64,000 nucleotides of DNA from an uncultured Bacteroidales bacterium (GCA_949300335.1 CASGDV010000067.1:44761-108760); one strand, 5' to 3'. Numbered from the stretch's first letter, positions 48,685 to 59,461 are shown. The notes: generated by a model not told the origin, from the letters alone. Numbers and translations are program-made.

Positions 48685-48856
48685 GCGAAACGGTGACGGC
48701 CCAAGGTCCGTTTAAAAGGGAATCCGGTCGGAATCCGGAACAATACCCGTTGCTGTATTTCCATTGCCCGGTTTCGGGAGTCCGTGCATTAGATGTCACT
48801 GCCGCAAGGCGGGAAGACGTGCGGATGGATAAGTCAGAAAACCTGCCGTTTCCGCG
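48685..48856 (+). ncRNA. Cobalamin riboswitch
   Basis: AAAAGGGAATCCGGT..AATCCGGAACA.TACCCG.TGCTGTA, TCACTG...GGGAAG, B12 box AAGTCAGAAAACCTGCC, directly upstream of B12 transport genes; ends approximate. Confidence 0.9.
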
Positions 48857-48965
48857 ATAACAGAAGCACTGCGGGATTACGGTTGCTGTCCTTTTCTGCC
48901 GCCCCGGTCCGGGCGGCGGTCGGATGCATGGCAAACCTGTCCCCGGAAAACAGGAATGGTTTGGC

Positions 48966-50036
48966 ATGAACGTTTCAATTCGGAAATATTTCATCCTTGC
49001 AGCCCTGCCGTTGTTGGCGGGGTGCATGTCATGGGATTATGAACCGGATTCGGATTTTTCCGTGAATCCTGCTCCCGGCCGCGGACTGTTCATTGTGAAC
49101 GAGGGAAATTTCCAGTATGGAAATGCGACACTTTCCTATTATGATACGGAAACGCATGAGGTCGAGAATGAAGTGTTTGTGCGTGCAAATTCACAGAAAC
49201 TCGGCGATGTGGCCCAGTCGATGATAATGCATGACGGGACAGCCTGGATAGTAGTGAACAATTCGCATGTGCTTTTCGCCATAGATCCGGTCACATTCGT
49301 GGAGAAGGGACGGATTACGGGGCTTACTTCTCCGAGATACATGCATTTCATTTCCGATGAGAAAGCCTATGTGACACAGCTGTGGGACAGCCGTATTTTC
49401 ATAGTAAACCCTAAAACAAGGTCGGTGACCGGATATATTGAAACCGGTATGGATGACGCCGTGGCTTCCACGGAGCGGATTGTGGAGTATGGAGACCATG
49501 TATTTGTAAACTGCCATTCATATCAGAGGACCATACTGAAGATAGATACCGGCTCGGATGAAATAGCGGGACGTCTTGAGGTGGGCTTGCAGCCGAATTC
49601 GATGGCCATCGACAAGAACGGCAAACTCTGGGTGCTTACGGACGGCGGATATCCGGGAAGTGCGGCCGGGTATGAACCGGCAACTCTAAGCAGGATAGAC
49701 CCGGACACCTTCAGGATAGAAAAGACATTCACGTTCTACGGTGATTCGGATCCTTCGGAACTGAATCTCAATGTGGACCGTGACACTCTTTATTTCATAA
49801 ATGATGATGTGTGGAAGATGCCGGTGGATGCGGAGACACTTCCTTCGGTCCCTTTCATCGGGAGCAGGAATACGAAATATTATTCGATGACGGTATGCCC
49901 GTGGAATTCCGATGTCTATGTCGCCGATGCAATCGATTATCAGCAGAAAGGCATTATATACAGATATTCTGCCGCGGGAAAACTTCTTGACGAGTTCCGC
50001 GCCGGCATTATTCCCGGATTTTTTTGCTGGTATTGA
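48966..50036 (+). CDS. btuG: BtuG-like B12-binding surface beta-propeller lipoprotein
   Basis: Lipobox LAGC; NEGNFQYGNATLSYY, LGDVAQSM, LTSPRY, DAIDYQQ, GIIPG. Confidence 0.85.
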   Translation: MNVSIRKYFILAALPLLAGCMSWDYEPDSDFSVNPAPGRGLFIVNEGNFQYGNATLSYYDTETHEVENEVFVRANSQKLGDVAQSMIMHDGTAWIVVNNSHVLFAIDPVTFVEKGRITGLTSPRYMHFISDEKAYVTQLWDSRIFIVNPKTRSVTGYIETGMDDAVASTERIVEYGDHVFVNCHSYQRTILKIDTGSDEIAGRLEVGLQPNSMAIDKNGKLWVLTDGGYPGSAAGYEPATLSRIDPDTFRIEKTFTFYGDSDPSELNLNVDRDTLYFINDDVWKMPVDAETLPSVPFIGSRNTKYYSMTVCPWNSDVYVADAIDYQQKGIIYRYSAAGKLLDEFRAGIIPGFFCWY

Positions 50037-50038
50037 TT

Positions 50039-52099
50039 ATGGAACTGCTCGCATGCATACTGGCTTTTCTGACGATGGGACTCCATCAGTCCGATTCCCT
50101 GGAAATGAGGGACCGGATAACGGAGTCTGTAGTTACCGGATACAGGCCTCTCAAGGATGCAGGGGTAAACAGAACAGAATTCGATACTCTGGCTCTCAGG
50201 GAGAACATTTCCCTTTCGCTTGCAAACATTCTTGAGTACAACTCATCCTTGTTCGTGAAACAGTACGGCAGGACATCGGTTTCCACCGTTTCGTTCCGCG
50301 GTACATCTGCATCTCATACCCAAGTGCTTTGGAACGGGATGAAGATAAATTCTCCGATGCTGGGAATGACTGATTTTTCCATGATTCCGTCATATCTCGT
50401 GGATCAGGCTTCTCTGCTTCACGGGTCTTCTTCACTTCAGGCAGTTTCCGGAGGACTGGGAGGAGCCGTCCTTCTCAATACCGGAGCTCCGGAAACCAAG
50501 GGGCTGGGACTGCAGTATGTACAGGGGCTCGGTTCGTTCTGGACTGCGGATGAGTTCCTGAGACTGACATATGGGGGAGAGCGTTTCAGTTCTTCGACAA
50601 GGCTGATACTGGCTTCTTCGGAGAACAGGTTCAAGTTCAGGAACATGGACAAGAAGGAAAATATTTATGACGACCGGATGAACATCATCGGTTCATATCA
50701 TCCGGTGGAGGAATATGAAAGCGGGGCATATACGGACTTTCATGTACTTCAGGAATTTTTCTACGATGCCGGAAACGGGAATGACTTGTCGCTTTCGGCA
50801 TGGTACATGAGGTCTTACAGGGAACTTCCCGAGATTTCCGTCGATTACGGGGATGCTTCCGATTTCCTGAACGAGCAGAGGGACAATACATTGAGGTCTG
50901 TAGCTTCATGGACCAGGACATGGCCGGATGCGAGGTTGAAGACGTCCGCCGGTTATTCAGGTACATTCCTGTCCTATGACTATGCCAGGGACAGGGGGAA
51001 TGGAGAACTGGCATATATGACAAAGTCGAGAAGCCGTGTGAATACGGTATACGGTGATGTTTCTTTCGAAAAGTATTTCGGGGACAAGTTCCTTATCGAT
51101 GCAGACCTTTCCGTGCATCAGCATTTCGTGAACTCAGCCGATGAGAGCATTCTTGTTCAGGGAAGCGACGGGGACAATGCGGGCTATGATGCATCGAGAC
51201 TCGAAGTATCCGGGTTCGTTACGGCGAAATGGAAGCCTGTGGACAGGGTAGGCCTTTCCATGACTCTGCGTGAGGAACTTTACGGACAGGAATTTTCTCC
51301 GGTCATTCCCGCATTCAACATGGATGTGCTTTTGTCGGAAAAAGGAATGGTTTACCTGAAAGGCTCGGTATCGAGAAATTACAGGTACCCGACTTTGAAT
51401 GACCTGTACTTCATGCCCGGGGGCAATCCTGACCTGAAACCGGAATCAGGCTTTTCTTATGATGCGGGATATTCGTTCGATATCGGTTTTTCGGGAAGGC
51501 TCGGGATTTCCGGAGAGGGAAACTGGTTCGATTCATATATAGATGATTGGATTCTGTGGGTTCCCAACGGAGCGAAAAAGGATTTCTATACTCCGATGAA
51601 TATAATGAGGGTACATGCATACGGTATGGAACAGAAACTGTCGGGATACTGGCATTTCGGCAGGCACTGGAAACTTTCGCTTGACGGAAATTTCACATGG
51701 TCCCCGTCCATCAATTGCGGAGAACCGAGGTCTTCCGGCGACGAGTCCGTAGGAAAACAGCTTGTGTATATTCCTGAATATTCATCCTCGGTTGTCGGGT
51801 CTCTCGCTTACCGTACGTGGACATTCATGTACAAATGGTGCTATTACAGTACAAGATATACAATGACAAGCAATGATTATACGATTTCCGGACAAGTGCC
51901 GCCTTATTTCATGAGTGATGTCACATTGTCGAAGACTCTCGATATGCCATGGGCGGGTCTGTCGTTTTCATTGTCCGTAAGGAATCTGTTTGACGAGGAA
52001 TACCTTTCGGTGCTGGCTCGGCCTATGCCCGGGATAAATTTCGAGTTCTTTGTCGGCATATCCCCGAAGTTTGATTTAAAAAGGAAGAAAAGATCATGA
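50039..52099 (+). CDS. btuB: TonB-dependent cobalamin receptor
   Basis: Plug motif SFRGTSASHTQVLWNG, RYPTLNDLY, GNPDLKPE, RPMPG; riboswitch context. Confidence 0.85.
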   Translation: MELLACILAFLTMGLHQSDSLEMRDRITESVVTGYRPLKDAGVNRTEFDTLALRENISLSLANILEYNSSLFVKQYGRTSVSTVSFRGTSASHTQVLWNGMKINSPMLGMTDFSMIPSYLVDQASLLHGSSSLQAVSGGLGGAVLLNTGAPETKGLGLQYVQGLGSFWTADEFLRLTYGGERFSSSTRLILASSENRFKFRNMDKKENIYDDRMNIIGSYHPVEEYESGAYTDFHVLQEFFYDAGNGNDLSLSAWYMRSYRELPEISVDYGDASDFLNEQRDNTLRSVASWTRTWPDARLKTSAGYSGTFLSYDYARDRGNGELAYMTKSRSRVNTVYGDVSFEKYFGDKFLIDADLSVHQHFVNSADESILVQGSDGDNAGYDASRLEVSGFVTAKWKPVDRVGLSMTLREELYGQEFSPVIPAFNMDVLLSEKGMVYLKGSVSRNYRYPTLNDLYFMPGGNPDLKPESGFSYDAGYSFDIGFSGRLGISGEGNWFDSYIDDWILWVPNGAKKDFYTPMNIMRVHAYGMEQKLSGYWHFGRHWKLSLDGNFTWSPSINCGEPRSSGDESVGKQLVYIPEYSSSVVGSLAYRTWTFMYKWCYYSTRYTMTSNDYTISGQVPPYFMSDVTLSKTLDMPWAGLSFSLSVRNLFDEEYLSVLARPMPGINFEFFVGISPKFDLKRKKRS

Positions 52100-53238
52100 A
52101 TAAACATTTGATTGAGTTGTTGTTATTGGTTGCAATCCCTATATGCACGTGCATTTCCTGTGACAGGACATGCGGCGGCCCCGATTTTCCGGAAACCTAC
52201 TATAAACCTGAGTATGCTTCCGGATTTGAGATTGTAGGGATGAAGGACAGTCTGAGCAGGGTAATCAGGGTCACCGCTCCTTGGCAGGATGCTGATTCCT
52301 CTGCTCTTGAACTGTTCATTTCACGTGGCGGAGAATGTCCTCCGGAAGGCTTCAGGGGACAGGTAATAGATTCGGAGGCTTCCCGTATCGTTGCCATGTC
52401 TTCATCATATGTGGCTATGCTCGATCTGATAGGTGAGACGCCGAGGACAGCGGCCGTTTCAGGAATTGATTTCATAACGAATACATATGTCAGGGAGCAT
52501 CGCGACAGTATTGCCGACGTTGGCAGTGAATCGTCCGTGGATTATGAAAAACTGGTTTCCGTCAGGCCGGACCTGGTGCTTCTTTACGGCATATCGTCGT
52601 CAAGTCCGATGGAAAACATGCTTGAATCTCTCGGGATTCCTTATATGTATATGGGAGAATATCTTGAGCCTTCTCCATTGGGCCGGGTGGAATGGCTGGT
52701 GGCGATGGCTGAAATAGCAGGGAAGGCGGAGACCGGGATAAGCCGCTTTCGTGAAATAAGGGATAGTTATGAAAGTCTTAAGGCAAAGGCTTCGGCGGCC
52801 GGCTCGAAACCGTCTGTGATGTTGAATGTACCATATGGCGATATCTGGTTCATGGCTTCTTGCGGTAGCTCGATGGCAAGGATGATAGCTGATGCCGGAG
52901 GAGACTATATATATAAGAAGAACAGTACGAACAAGTCCCTGCCCATTGACATGGAAACGGCATACGTATATGTGTCCGATTCGGATTTCTGGCTTAATGT
53001 AGGTCAGATGACATCCGTGCGGGAACTGGTTTCGTCCTATCCGCAGTTTGCAGGTGCGGAAGTCGTTTCATCAGGAAATATATATAATTGTGACAAATTG
53101 AGAAATCCAGGCGGAGGAAATGATTTCTGGGAAATGGGGCAGTTGCGCCCGGATCTGATTCTTTCGGATCTTATCACGATTTTTCATCCTGAAATATACC
53201 GTGCCGATTCTCTCTATTATTACAGGAGGCTGAGATGA
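52096..53238 (+). CDS. btuF: B12 ABC transporter substrate-binding lipoprotein
   Basis: YASGF, RIVAMSSS, EYLEPSPLGRVEW, GGNDFWE, RPDLILSDL..IFHP. Confidence 0.85.
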   Translation: MNKHLIELLLLVAIPICTCISCDRTCGGPDFPETYYKPEYASGFEIVGMKDSLSRVIRVTAPWQDADSSALELFISRGGECPPEGFRGQVIDSEASRIVAMSSSYVAMLDLIGETPRTAAVSGIDFITNTYVREHRDSIADVGSESSVDYEKLVSVRPDLVLLYGISSSSPMENMLESLGIPYMYMGEYLEPSPLGRVEWLVAMAEIAGKAETGISRFREIRDSYESLKAKASAAGSKPSVMLNVPYGDIWFMASCGSSMARMIADAGGDYIYKKNSTNKSLPIDMETAYVYVSDSDFWLNVGQMTSVRELVSSYPQFAGAEVVSSGNIYNCDKLRNPGGGNDFWEMGQLRPDLILSDLITIFHPEIYRADSLYYYRRLR

Positions 53239-54260
53239 TTAAAGGGGCTGTAATTAAAAGGCGGTGTCTGGTTTTCTGGCCGCTGATGACGATATTGCTG
53301 ATTGCCGTATTCATTGCCGACATGATGGTAGGCGGTGTCGGTGTTTCCCTGTCCGATATGTTCAGGACTTTTACGGGTGGGGATGTTTCGGAACAGACTC
53401 GCACCATACTTCTTGAAATCAGATGGGTCAAGGCTGTGGTTGCAGTGTTTGCCGGTATTGCGGTGTCGGTAAGCGGACTTCTTATGCAGACTTTGTTCCG
53501 CAATCCTCTTGCCGGTCCATATGTACTTGGTGTCAGTTCCGGAGCATCCCTCGGTGCCGCCCTTTTTGTTTTGGGCACTCCTCTTATGTTTTCATCGCTT
53601 CCTTCTTTCTGGGGAATGTCCGGTCTGGCTTTGTCTTCATGGGCAGGTGCATCTCTGATTCTTCTGGCAATTGCGGCAGTAAGCCGGCGCATGAAGGATA
53701 TAATGGTGGTTCTCATTCTCGGTATGATGTTCAGTTCAGGTATTGATGCCGTGGTGCAGATCCTCCAGTTCTTCAGTGACGAAATGTCATTGAAGTCGTT
53801 CGTGATATGGACGATGGGATCGTTGGGAACGGTTACTTCCGGGCAGTTGAAGATTCTGGCATCCGTGGTTTCCGCGGGGACGCTGATAGCCTTGTTTTCC
53901 GTGAAACCTCTCAATATGCTGCTGCTCGGGGAACAATATGCCGTCACCATGGGAACCGATATAAGGAAAGCCAGGGGTGTGATATATCTGTCCACAGTCC
54001 TTCTTGCCGGGACGGTTACAGCTTTCTGCGGACCGATAGGATTTCTGGGATTAGCCGTGCCGCATCTTACAAGGTTCATGACTCATGAGGCGGATCACCG
54101 GGTTCTGGTACCTGCGACAGCCCTGACGGGGGCCGTAATGATGCTTGTATGCGACATGTTTTCGAAAATGACTTCGCTTCCTGTGAATGTAATGACTTCG
54201 CTGCTGGGAATACCGGTGGTGATTTGGGTAGTACTGAAAAACAAGAATATCCTGAAATGA
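53235..54260 (+). CDS. btuC: B12 ABC transporter permease (FecCD family)
   Basis: MQTLFRNPLAGPYVLGVSSGA, GPIGFLGLAVPH. Confidence 0.88.
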   Translation: MIKGAVIKRRCLVFWPLMTILLIAVFIADMMVGGVGVSLSDMFRTFTGGDVSEQTRTILLEIRWVKAVVAVFAGIAVSVSGLLMQTLFRNPLAGPYVLGVSSGASLGAALFVLGTPLMFSSLPSFWGMSGLALSSWAGASLILLAIAAVSRRMKDIMVVLILGMMFSSGIDAVVQILQFFSDEMSLKSFVIWTMGSLGTVTSGQLKILASVVSAGTLIALFSVKPLNMLLLGEQYAVTMGTDIRKARGVIYLSTVLLAGTVTAFCGPIGFLGLAVPHLTRFMTHEADHRVLVPATALTGAVMMLVCDMFSKMTSLPVNVMTSLLGIPVVIWVVLKNKNILK

Positions 54261-55036
54261 TAGCTTTACGGAATCTTACCATAGAATATGACAATAGTCC
54301 GCTGCTGCGGAATCTGAATATGTCTTTTCCCGAGAACAGGCTTGTCGCCATGCTCGGATGCAACGGAGCAGGCAAAAGTACTCTGCTGAGGGTAATGGCG
54401 GGGCTTCAGTCTGCCGCTTCAGGTGCGGTGCTGTATGATGGCGTCCCGATAAATGAGATGAGTGCGGAAAACAGGGCGAAGACTGTATCTTTCGTAAACA
54501 CGGAGCGGGTAAGGATTGCCAATCTCAGATGTTCCGATCTTGTGGCTCTCGGGCGTGCTCCTTATACCGACTGGCTCGGCAATATGCGCGGTTCCGACAG
54601 AAAGGCCGTTGAGGATGCTCTTGAAGCCGTTGATATGGCGGATTATGCATCTCGTACAATGGATACGATGTCTGACGGGGAGTGCCAGAGGATAATGGTC
54701 GCCAGGGCATTGGCGCAGGATACTCCCGTGATGCTGCTCGATGAGCCGGCAGCTTTTCTGGACCTTCCGAACAAGTACCGTCTTGCAAAACTGCTCCATC
54801 GTCTTGCGTCCGAAAAAGGAAAGACGGTGATTTTTTCGACCCATGACCTTGACGTTGCAATTGAAGAGAGCGACGAGATTGTGCTCGTGACTTCGTCCGG
54901 GCTTATGTCGGGAACTCCGTCGGAGATGCTGTCTTCCGGCTTGATAGGGAAGGTTTTCGGTCTGGAAAAATACATGACTGCCAGTGTATGCGGGATGAGA
55001 CACCCGTGCCGCAAGGCTGGTTCAAGTACGGAATGA
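54257..55036 (+). CDS. btuD: B12 ABC transporter ATP-binding protein
   Basis: GCNGAGKST, MSDGECQR, LLDEP, STHD; ATGA overlap with btuC. Confidence 0.88.
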   Translation: MIALRNLTIEYDNSPLLRNLNMSFPENRLVAMLGCNGAGKSTLLRVMAGLQSAASGAVLYDGVPINEMSAENRAKTVSFVNTERVRIANLRCSDLVALGRAPYTDWLGNMRGSDRKAVEDALEAVDMADYASRTMDTMSDGECQRIMVARALAQDTPVMLLDEPAAFLDLPNKYRLAKLLHRLASEKGKTVIFSTHDLDVAIEESDEIVLVTSSGLMSGTPSEMLSSGLIGKVFGLEKYMTASVCGMRHPCRKAGSSTE

Positions 55037-55131
55037 ATCATAAGCAATCTGCGAGGTCATAATGGGACAGGGTATCTTAATGGATTTATATATAATGTGA
55101 TATGGAAAAATACCGGATAATGGATAACGTT

Positions 55132-55965
55132 ATGAAGTGCATCTGCATGGCTGCCGCCATATTGTCGGCTGCATGTGCATGCAACAAGGTCGAGAAAATC
55201 GTAGTGACGGAGAACAAGGCGGTTGTGGTGGAATATTCTCCGGCACCGGGGCAGTTCATCAATGACGGTTTTGATTGCACGACAATGGCTGAGGCCGTAG
55301 CGTGGGCCCAGAGCCGAATCGATGACGGATTTTTTGTTTCATTGGGCGCATTCGGCGGTTATATCGTCGTGGAGATGTCTTCGGAAATCTTAAATGAAGA
55401 GGGGTATGATTTTTCCGTAGCCGGGAATCCTTTTGACCAGAGCTCCGAACCAGGCGTTGTCTGGGTTTCGCAGGATGGCATTTCATGGTTCCAGCTTGAA
55501 GGCAAGGACCGCGAATTCAGAAACCGGTCGGTGACATATTATCGTCCGGAGGGCGGGGAACCGGCTGATGTGAAATGGAAAGATTCGGAAGGTAATGAAG
55601 GCATCGTGCAATATCTTCCGCAGTTCCACAGGAATTCCTGTTTCCCCGCATGGGTCGATTCGGATGAATATACCTTGACCGGGACGCGTCTCGAGGCCAG
55701 GGACATGATTGACGGGAACGGGATATGGAAATCCGGTACATACATGTCAGGATATGTGGACAACTGGGCTTCGGACATGGAGGAGAAGGCGGCCGGACAG
55801 CCTAACAGGTTCGATATCGATGATGCCGTGGATTCAGACGGCAATCCCGTATCCCTTCCTTCCATAAAGTTCATCAAGGTGCAGACAGCCGTCATTTCAA
55901 TGAATCCTTCTCCTGCAGTAGGTGAAATGTCTACCGAGGTGGTTTCCTTCAAGGCATTGCATTGA
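55132..55965 (+). CDS. Cell-surface lipoprotein of Bacteroidales B12-uptake loci (BtuH-like)
   Basis: EYSPAPGQFIN, SLGAFGGYIV, SSEPGVVWVSQD, GEMSTE; last gene of the btu operon. Confidence 0.65.
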   Translation: MKCICMAAAILSAACACNKVEKIVVTENKAVVVEYSPAPGQFINDGFDCTTMAEAVAWAQSRIDDGFFVSLGAFGGYIVVEMSSEILNEEGYDFSVAGNPFDQSSEPGVVWVSQDGISWFQLEGKDREFRNRSVTYYRPEGGEPADVKWKDSEGNEGIVQYLPQFHRNSCFPAWVDSDEYTLTGTRLEARDMIDGNGIWKSGTYMSGYVDNWASDMEEKAAGQPNRFDIDDAVDSDGNPVSLPSIKFIKVQTAVISMNPSPAVGEMSTEVVSFKALH

Positions 55966-56095
55966 AAAATGTTTTAATTCCGGCTTCATTTTCTATATAA
56001 TAAAATGTATATTTGCAATCGCTCGGATTTGCTTTCTCTGAAGTGTCTCCCTTGCTGATATAATTTACGGAGGCATTGTAAAGTCCCAATACGCG

Positions 56096-56947
56096 ATGAT
56101 GAATAATGAAACTGGAATGAAAAAGAAATGTATCCGGACAGCAGGTATGATATCTGCCGTCCTGTTTGTTATTATTGTATCTGTAAGGTGTGCGGGTGCT
56201 CCGGAATCTTTTGTATTCGTCCAGCTTACCGATCCGCAGCTGGGTTTTGCCTCATCCAATGCCGGGTTCGGGGACGAAACGGATAATATGGAGAAGGCGG
56301 TCGCGATGATAAACGGCATGAAGCCGGATTTCGTCGTTATTACCGGTGATCTTGTGAACAAATATGATGACGTGGCCCAGCTGGATGAATTCGAACGTCT
56401 TCTGGACATGTTCAATGATTCTATTCCCGTATATCTGTTGCCGGGAAATCATGATACTCCGAAGGTGGAAGGTCCTTCTTCACTTGAATCATATATCGGC
56501 AGATACGGTTATGACAGGTTCTCGTTCAAGCACAAGTCCTGCCTTTTTACAGGAATCAATTCTAATATAATCAAGGACGGATGCGGTCAGCTGGAAGAGG
56601 AGCAGTATGCATGGCTCGATTCGCTTTTGTCTGTTGACGGTGTCAAGGCAAGGCATGCTTTTGTCTTCATGCATTGTCCTCCGTTTGCCCGAAGTGAATC
56701 GGAGAATGAGACATATTCCAACTTTTCTTCGGAGGACAGGAAAAAGTATATGGAACTTTTCGTGGAAAAGGGTGTGGATGCCGTGTTCGCCGGTCATCTT
56801 CATCATGCATTCGATGCCGTATACAAGGATTGCAGGATAGTGACATCCGCTCCCGTGAGTATGCATCTCGGTGAAGGGGGTTACTCGGGAATGACTGTCG
56901 TAAGGGTTTCCGGGGATGGTTTTGAGTATGAAAACGTCAGATTATAA
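56096..56947 (+). CDS. Calcineurin-like metallophosphoesterase (CPPED1/CpdA-like), exported
   Basis: TDPQ, TGDL, PGNHD, FMHCP, AGHLH. Confidence 0.88.
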   Translation: MMNNETGMKKKCIRTAGMISAVLFVIIVSVRCAGAPESFVFVQLTDPQLGFASSNAGFGDETDNMEKAVAMINGMKPDFVVITGDLVNKYDDVAQLDEFERLLDMFNDSIPVYLLPGNHDTPKVEGPSSLESYIGRYGYDRFSFKHKSCLFTGINSNIIKDGCGQLEEEQYAWLDSLLSVDGVKARHAFVFMHCPPFARSESENETYSNFSSEDRKKYMELFVEKGVDAVFAGHLHHAFDAVYKDCRIVTSAPVSMHLGEGGYSGMTVVRVSGDGFEYENVRL

Positions 56948-56990
56948 TCAGAAAGTGTGTAATTTCATCAATATCAAAAAATCATAAGTC

Positions 56991-59114
56991 ATGAAGATCG
57001 GAAAGTTGTCGACGTTGCTGATTATTTCTATCGGTGCCGTTTGCGTCTGCAGCTGCAACAGCGGACTCAGACACGAAAACAAGTTTGAATCCTGGCCTGT
57101 ATGTGAGACTCTGGACCGGGGAATGTTCTGGCCGGAACATCAGGTGGTTCCCCGTTTTGCTGATCCGGCGGATACTCTTGATGCGATGTTTGTGGATAAG
57201 GAAGGACGGGATGGCGATGAACTCATAACTCTTGCCACACTTCAGGGTATCGTGAACAGGGAAAAGCCGAGAATATTTTTCCTGAAAGAGAACAGGGGAG
57301 GACGCAGCGAGTGGGTGGACAGAATCGGCATTTCCATCAGGGAGATACCTTATGAAAGCAGATGGGACCTTGTCAGGAAGTATTCTTCGGAGCTGAAGGG
57401 AGTTGTGCTGTATGATGCGTCCAGCAGCATTCATTACAGGAACCTTGCCAGTACCGTTGCAGGAATAACAGGATGCATAGCAGCCGTGGACAGTGTTTAC
57501 AATGTTCTTTCCAACCATGGTATCAATCTTGAGGTTGTCGCGGACCTGAGGAATCTTCAGTTTACGGACAAATGCGACATATATAATTATATGTATGAGA
57601 AATATTGGCCTCAATGCAACAAGAGGCTCCTTTTGAGCCACAGTCCGTCAACACCTTGCGATATCAGGGACATAGCTGTCGCTACCGGCGGCGCCATATT
57701 CTGGCTTGACCCGCGCAAGGAAGAGGAAAAGGCAGTGGCATCCCGATTCATTGCAGACATGGTTCCGGGAGACGGGATTGTTCTCGGATGGTGGCCTGAA
57801 GAGCGTTCCGGTATAGGTCTGGTGACTTCTTACGGATTGTCTACTATCCCTTCGGATTTTTATGACAATGCGACTGTGTTTGCCGGCGGGAATCATGTCA
57901 TCCATCATGCCAGGATACCTCAAATGCCGGAACTGGAGAATAAGATATACATAGCCTTGTTCTTGAGCGACGGTGACAATGTACAGTATTGCCAGCATAC
58001 AATGTCCAGATTGTGGGACAGCAGCAACAGGGGTCTTGTGCCTATCAACTGGACGGCAAGTCCGGGGTTGGCCGATATCGGACCGGATATCCTGAACTAT
58101 TATTATGCAACTGCAACGGATAATGACTGTATCTCTTCCGGACCTTCCGGAATAGGGTATGCTCTTATTTATGATGCACACAACAAGAGATGGTTCACCG
58201 AGGGGCGTGACCGTATCACTCCTTATACCAGGCTTACGAATCAGTATCTGGAAAAGAGCGGGATGCGTGTGATTACATTGTGGGATGAGGTCAGCGAGGA
58301 GCAGATTGATGCGTATGCCGAGAACTGCCGCTATCTCTACGGTATGACCGAACAGGACTGGATGATGGGAGAGAAGGTGACGACGGTACATTCAAGAGGA
58401 CGCCTTGCCGTTCTTCCTAACAGACCTTGTTATGTTGGAAGGATCGATGACATTGTCCGTCACTGGAAGGATACGCTGTCTGCGTACAAGGCAGACAAAC
58501 CTGTATTCCTGACTGCTCAGGGCGTGTCATGGGTGATGGGACCGGATGAAATGCTGAATCTCAAGGAGACTCTGGAAGCCATGTCTCCGGGAAATATCGT
58601 ATTGTGCAGGGGAGACCATTTCTTTGCGCTGTACAATCAGGCGAACGGTCTTGATTTCAATCTTGCTTTACTGCCTTCAGCCGAGGTGAGCTCATCATCT
58701 TCAGGATATGACTGTTTTGTAGCCGACGGTTCTTCCGCACCGGAATATCAGTGGGTGGATTCTCAAAATGGAGAGAAATGGATAGCTTTCGATTTTGGAA
58801 AGCCTTATCTGATTGACAGATATGTCGTGAGGCATGCCGGTTATGCCGGAGTTCCCGAGGCTATGAATACGAGGAGTTTCGATGTAGAGGTCAGTCTGGA
58901 CGGAGAGAACTGGACTTTGGCTGATGTCCAGAAAGGAAACCGCAAGGCTGTTTCCGATGTCGATTTTCCTGCAGTGGAGGCAAGGTTCGTGCGCTTCAAT
59001 ATCAGGAAAGCAGCTTCAAGGTCATATTTTGATTCCGGCTTATATCCGGGAACCGAAGATATTGCCGTCATAGGTGATATCGAGGTTTACGGAAGGGAAC
59101 TTCCTGGCAGATAG
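56991..59114 (+). CDS. GxGYxYP-domain lipoprotein with C-terminal F5/8 type C (CBM32-like) domain
   Basis: TLQGIVN, LSDGDNVQY, PINWT, SGPSGIGY; C-terminal WIAFDFG..EVSLDGENW..ARFVR. Confidence 0.8.
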   Translation: MKIGKLSTLLIISIGAVCVCSCNSGLRHENKFESWPVCETLDRGMFWPEHQVVPRFADPADTLDAMFVDKEGRDGDELITLATLQGIVNREKPRIFFLKENRGGRSEWVDRIGISIREIPYESRWDLVRKYSSELKGVVLYDASSSIHYRNLASTVAGITGCIAAVDSVYNVLSNHGINLEVVADLRNLQFTDKCDIYNYMYEKYWPQCNKRLLLSHSPSTPCDIRDIAVATGGAIFWLDPRKEEEKAVASRFIADMVPGDGIVLGWWPEERSGIGLVTSYGLSTIPSDFYDNATVFAGGNHVIHHARIPQMPELENKIYIALFLSDGDNVQYCQHTMSRLWDSSNRGLVPINWTASPGLADIGPDILNYYYATATDNDCISSGPSGIGYALIYDAHNKRWFTEGRDRITPYTRLTNQYLEKSGMRVITLWDEVSEEQIDAYAENCRYLYGMTEQDWMMGEKVTTVHSRGRLAVLPNRPCYVGRIDDIVRHWKDTLSAYKADKPVFLTAQGVSWVMGPDEMLNLKETLEAMSPGNIVLCRGDHFFALYNQANGLDFNLALLPSAEVSSSSSGYDCFVADGSSAPEYQWVDSQNGEKWIAFDFGKPYLIDRYVVRHAGYAGVPEAMNTRSFDVEVSLDGENWTLADVQKGNRKAVSDVDFPAVEARFVRFNIRKAASRSYFDSGLYPGTEDIAVIGDIEVYGRELPGR

Positions 59115-59214
59115 CCGCCGGTACCGTTCTCGGGCGCCCGGCCAGGCGTCGCCGGGAAAATATGTTTTTGTGTCGGGGTATGTCCGTGAGCAGGGGGAGA
59201 TGATAAAAATGTTA

Positions 59215-59259
59215 TGAGCGGAAAACGGGATTCGAACCCGCAACCCTCAGCTTGGAAAG
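59215..59259 (-). repeat. Duplicated 3' half of tRNA-Gly (att-like site)
   Basis: TGAGCGGAAAACGGGATTCGAACCCGCAACCCTCAGCTTGGAAAG; 43/45 identical to 60821-60865. Confidence 0.92.
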
Positions 59260-59461
59260 TAATGTCTCAAAATTTCTCAAACAGTTCTTTTTACCTGTTT
59301 TGTGCCCGTCTAATCCACAGTTTACATCCTATGTAAAACTATGTTTGGTTAAACTTAAATCTTCAAAAATCTGTTGTAAATATAGCTGTTTCCTGTGATA
59401 AAGTTCTGCCTTTGAAATAATATCGTACCATAATGGATAAAATAACCAGCAAGAGTGCCTG

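Noticed and set aside
59215-59259. Second tRNA-Gly gene
   Set aside because: Only the 3' half is present (no D-arm or 5' acceptor strand) and the anticodon is altered; it is an att-like duplication
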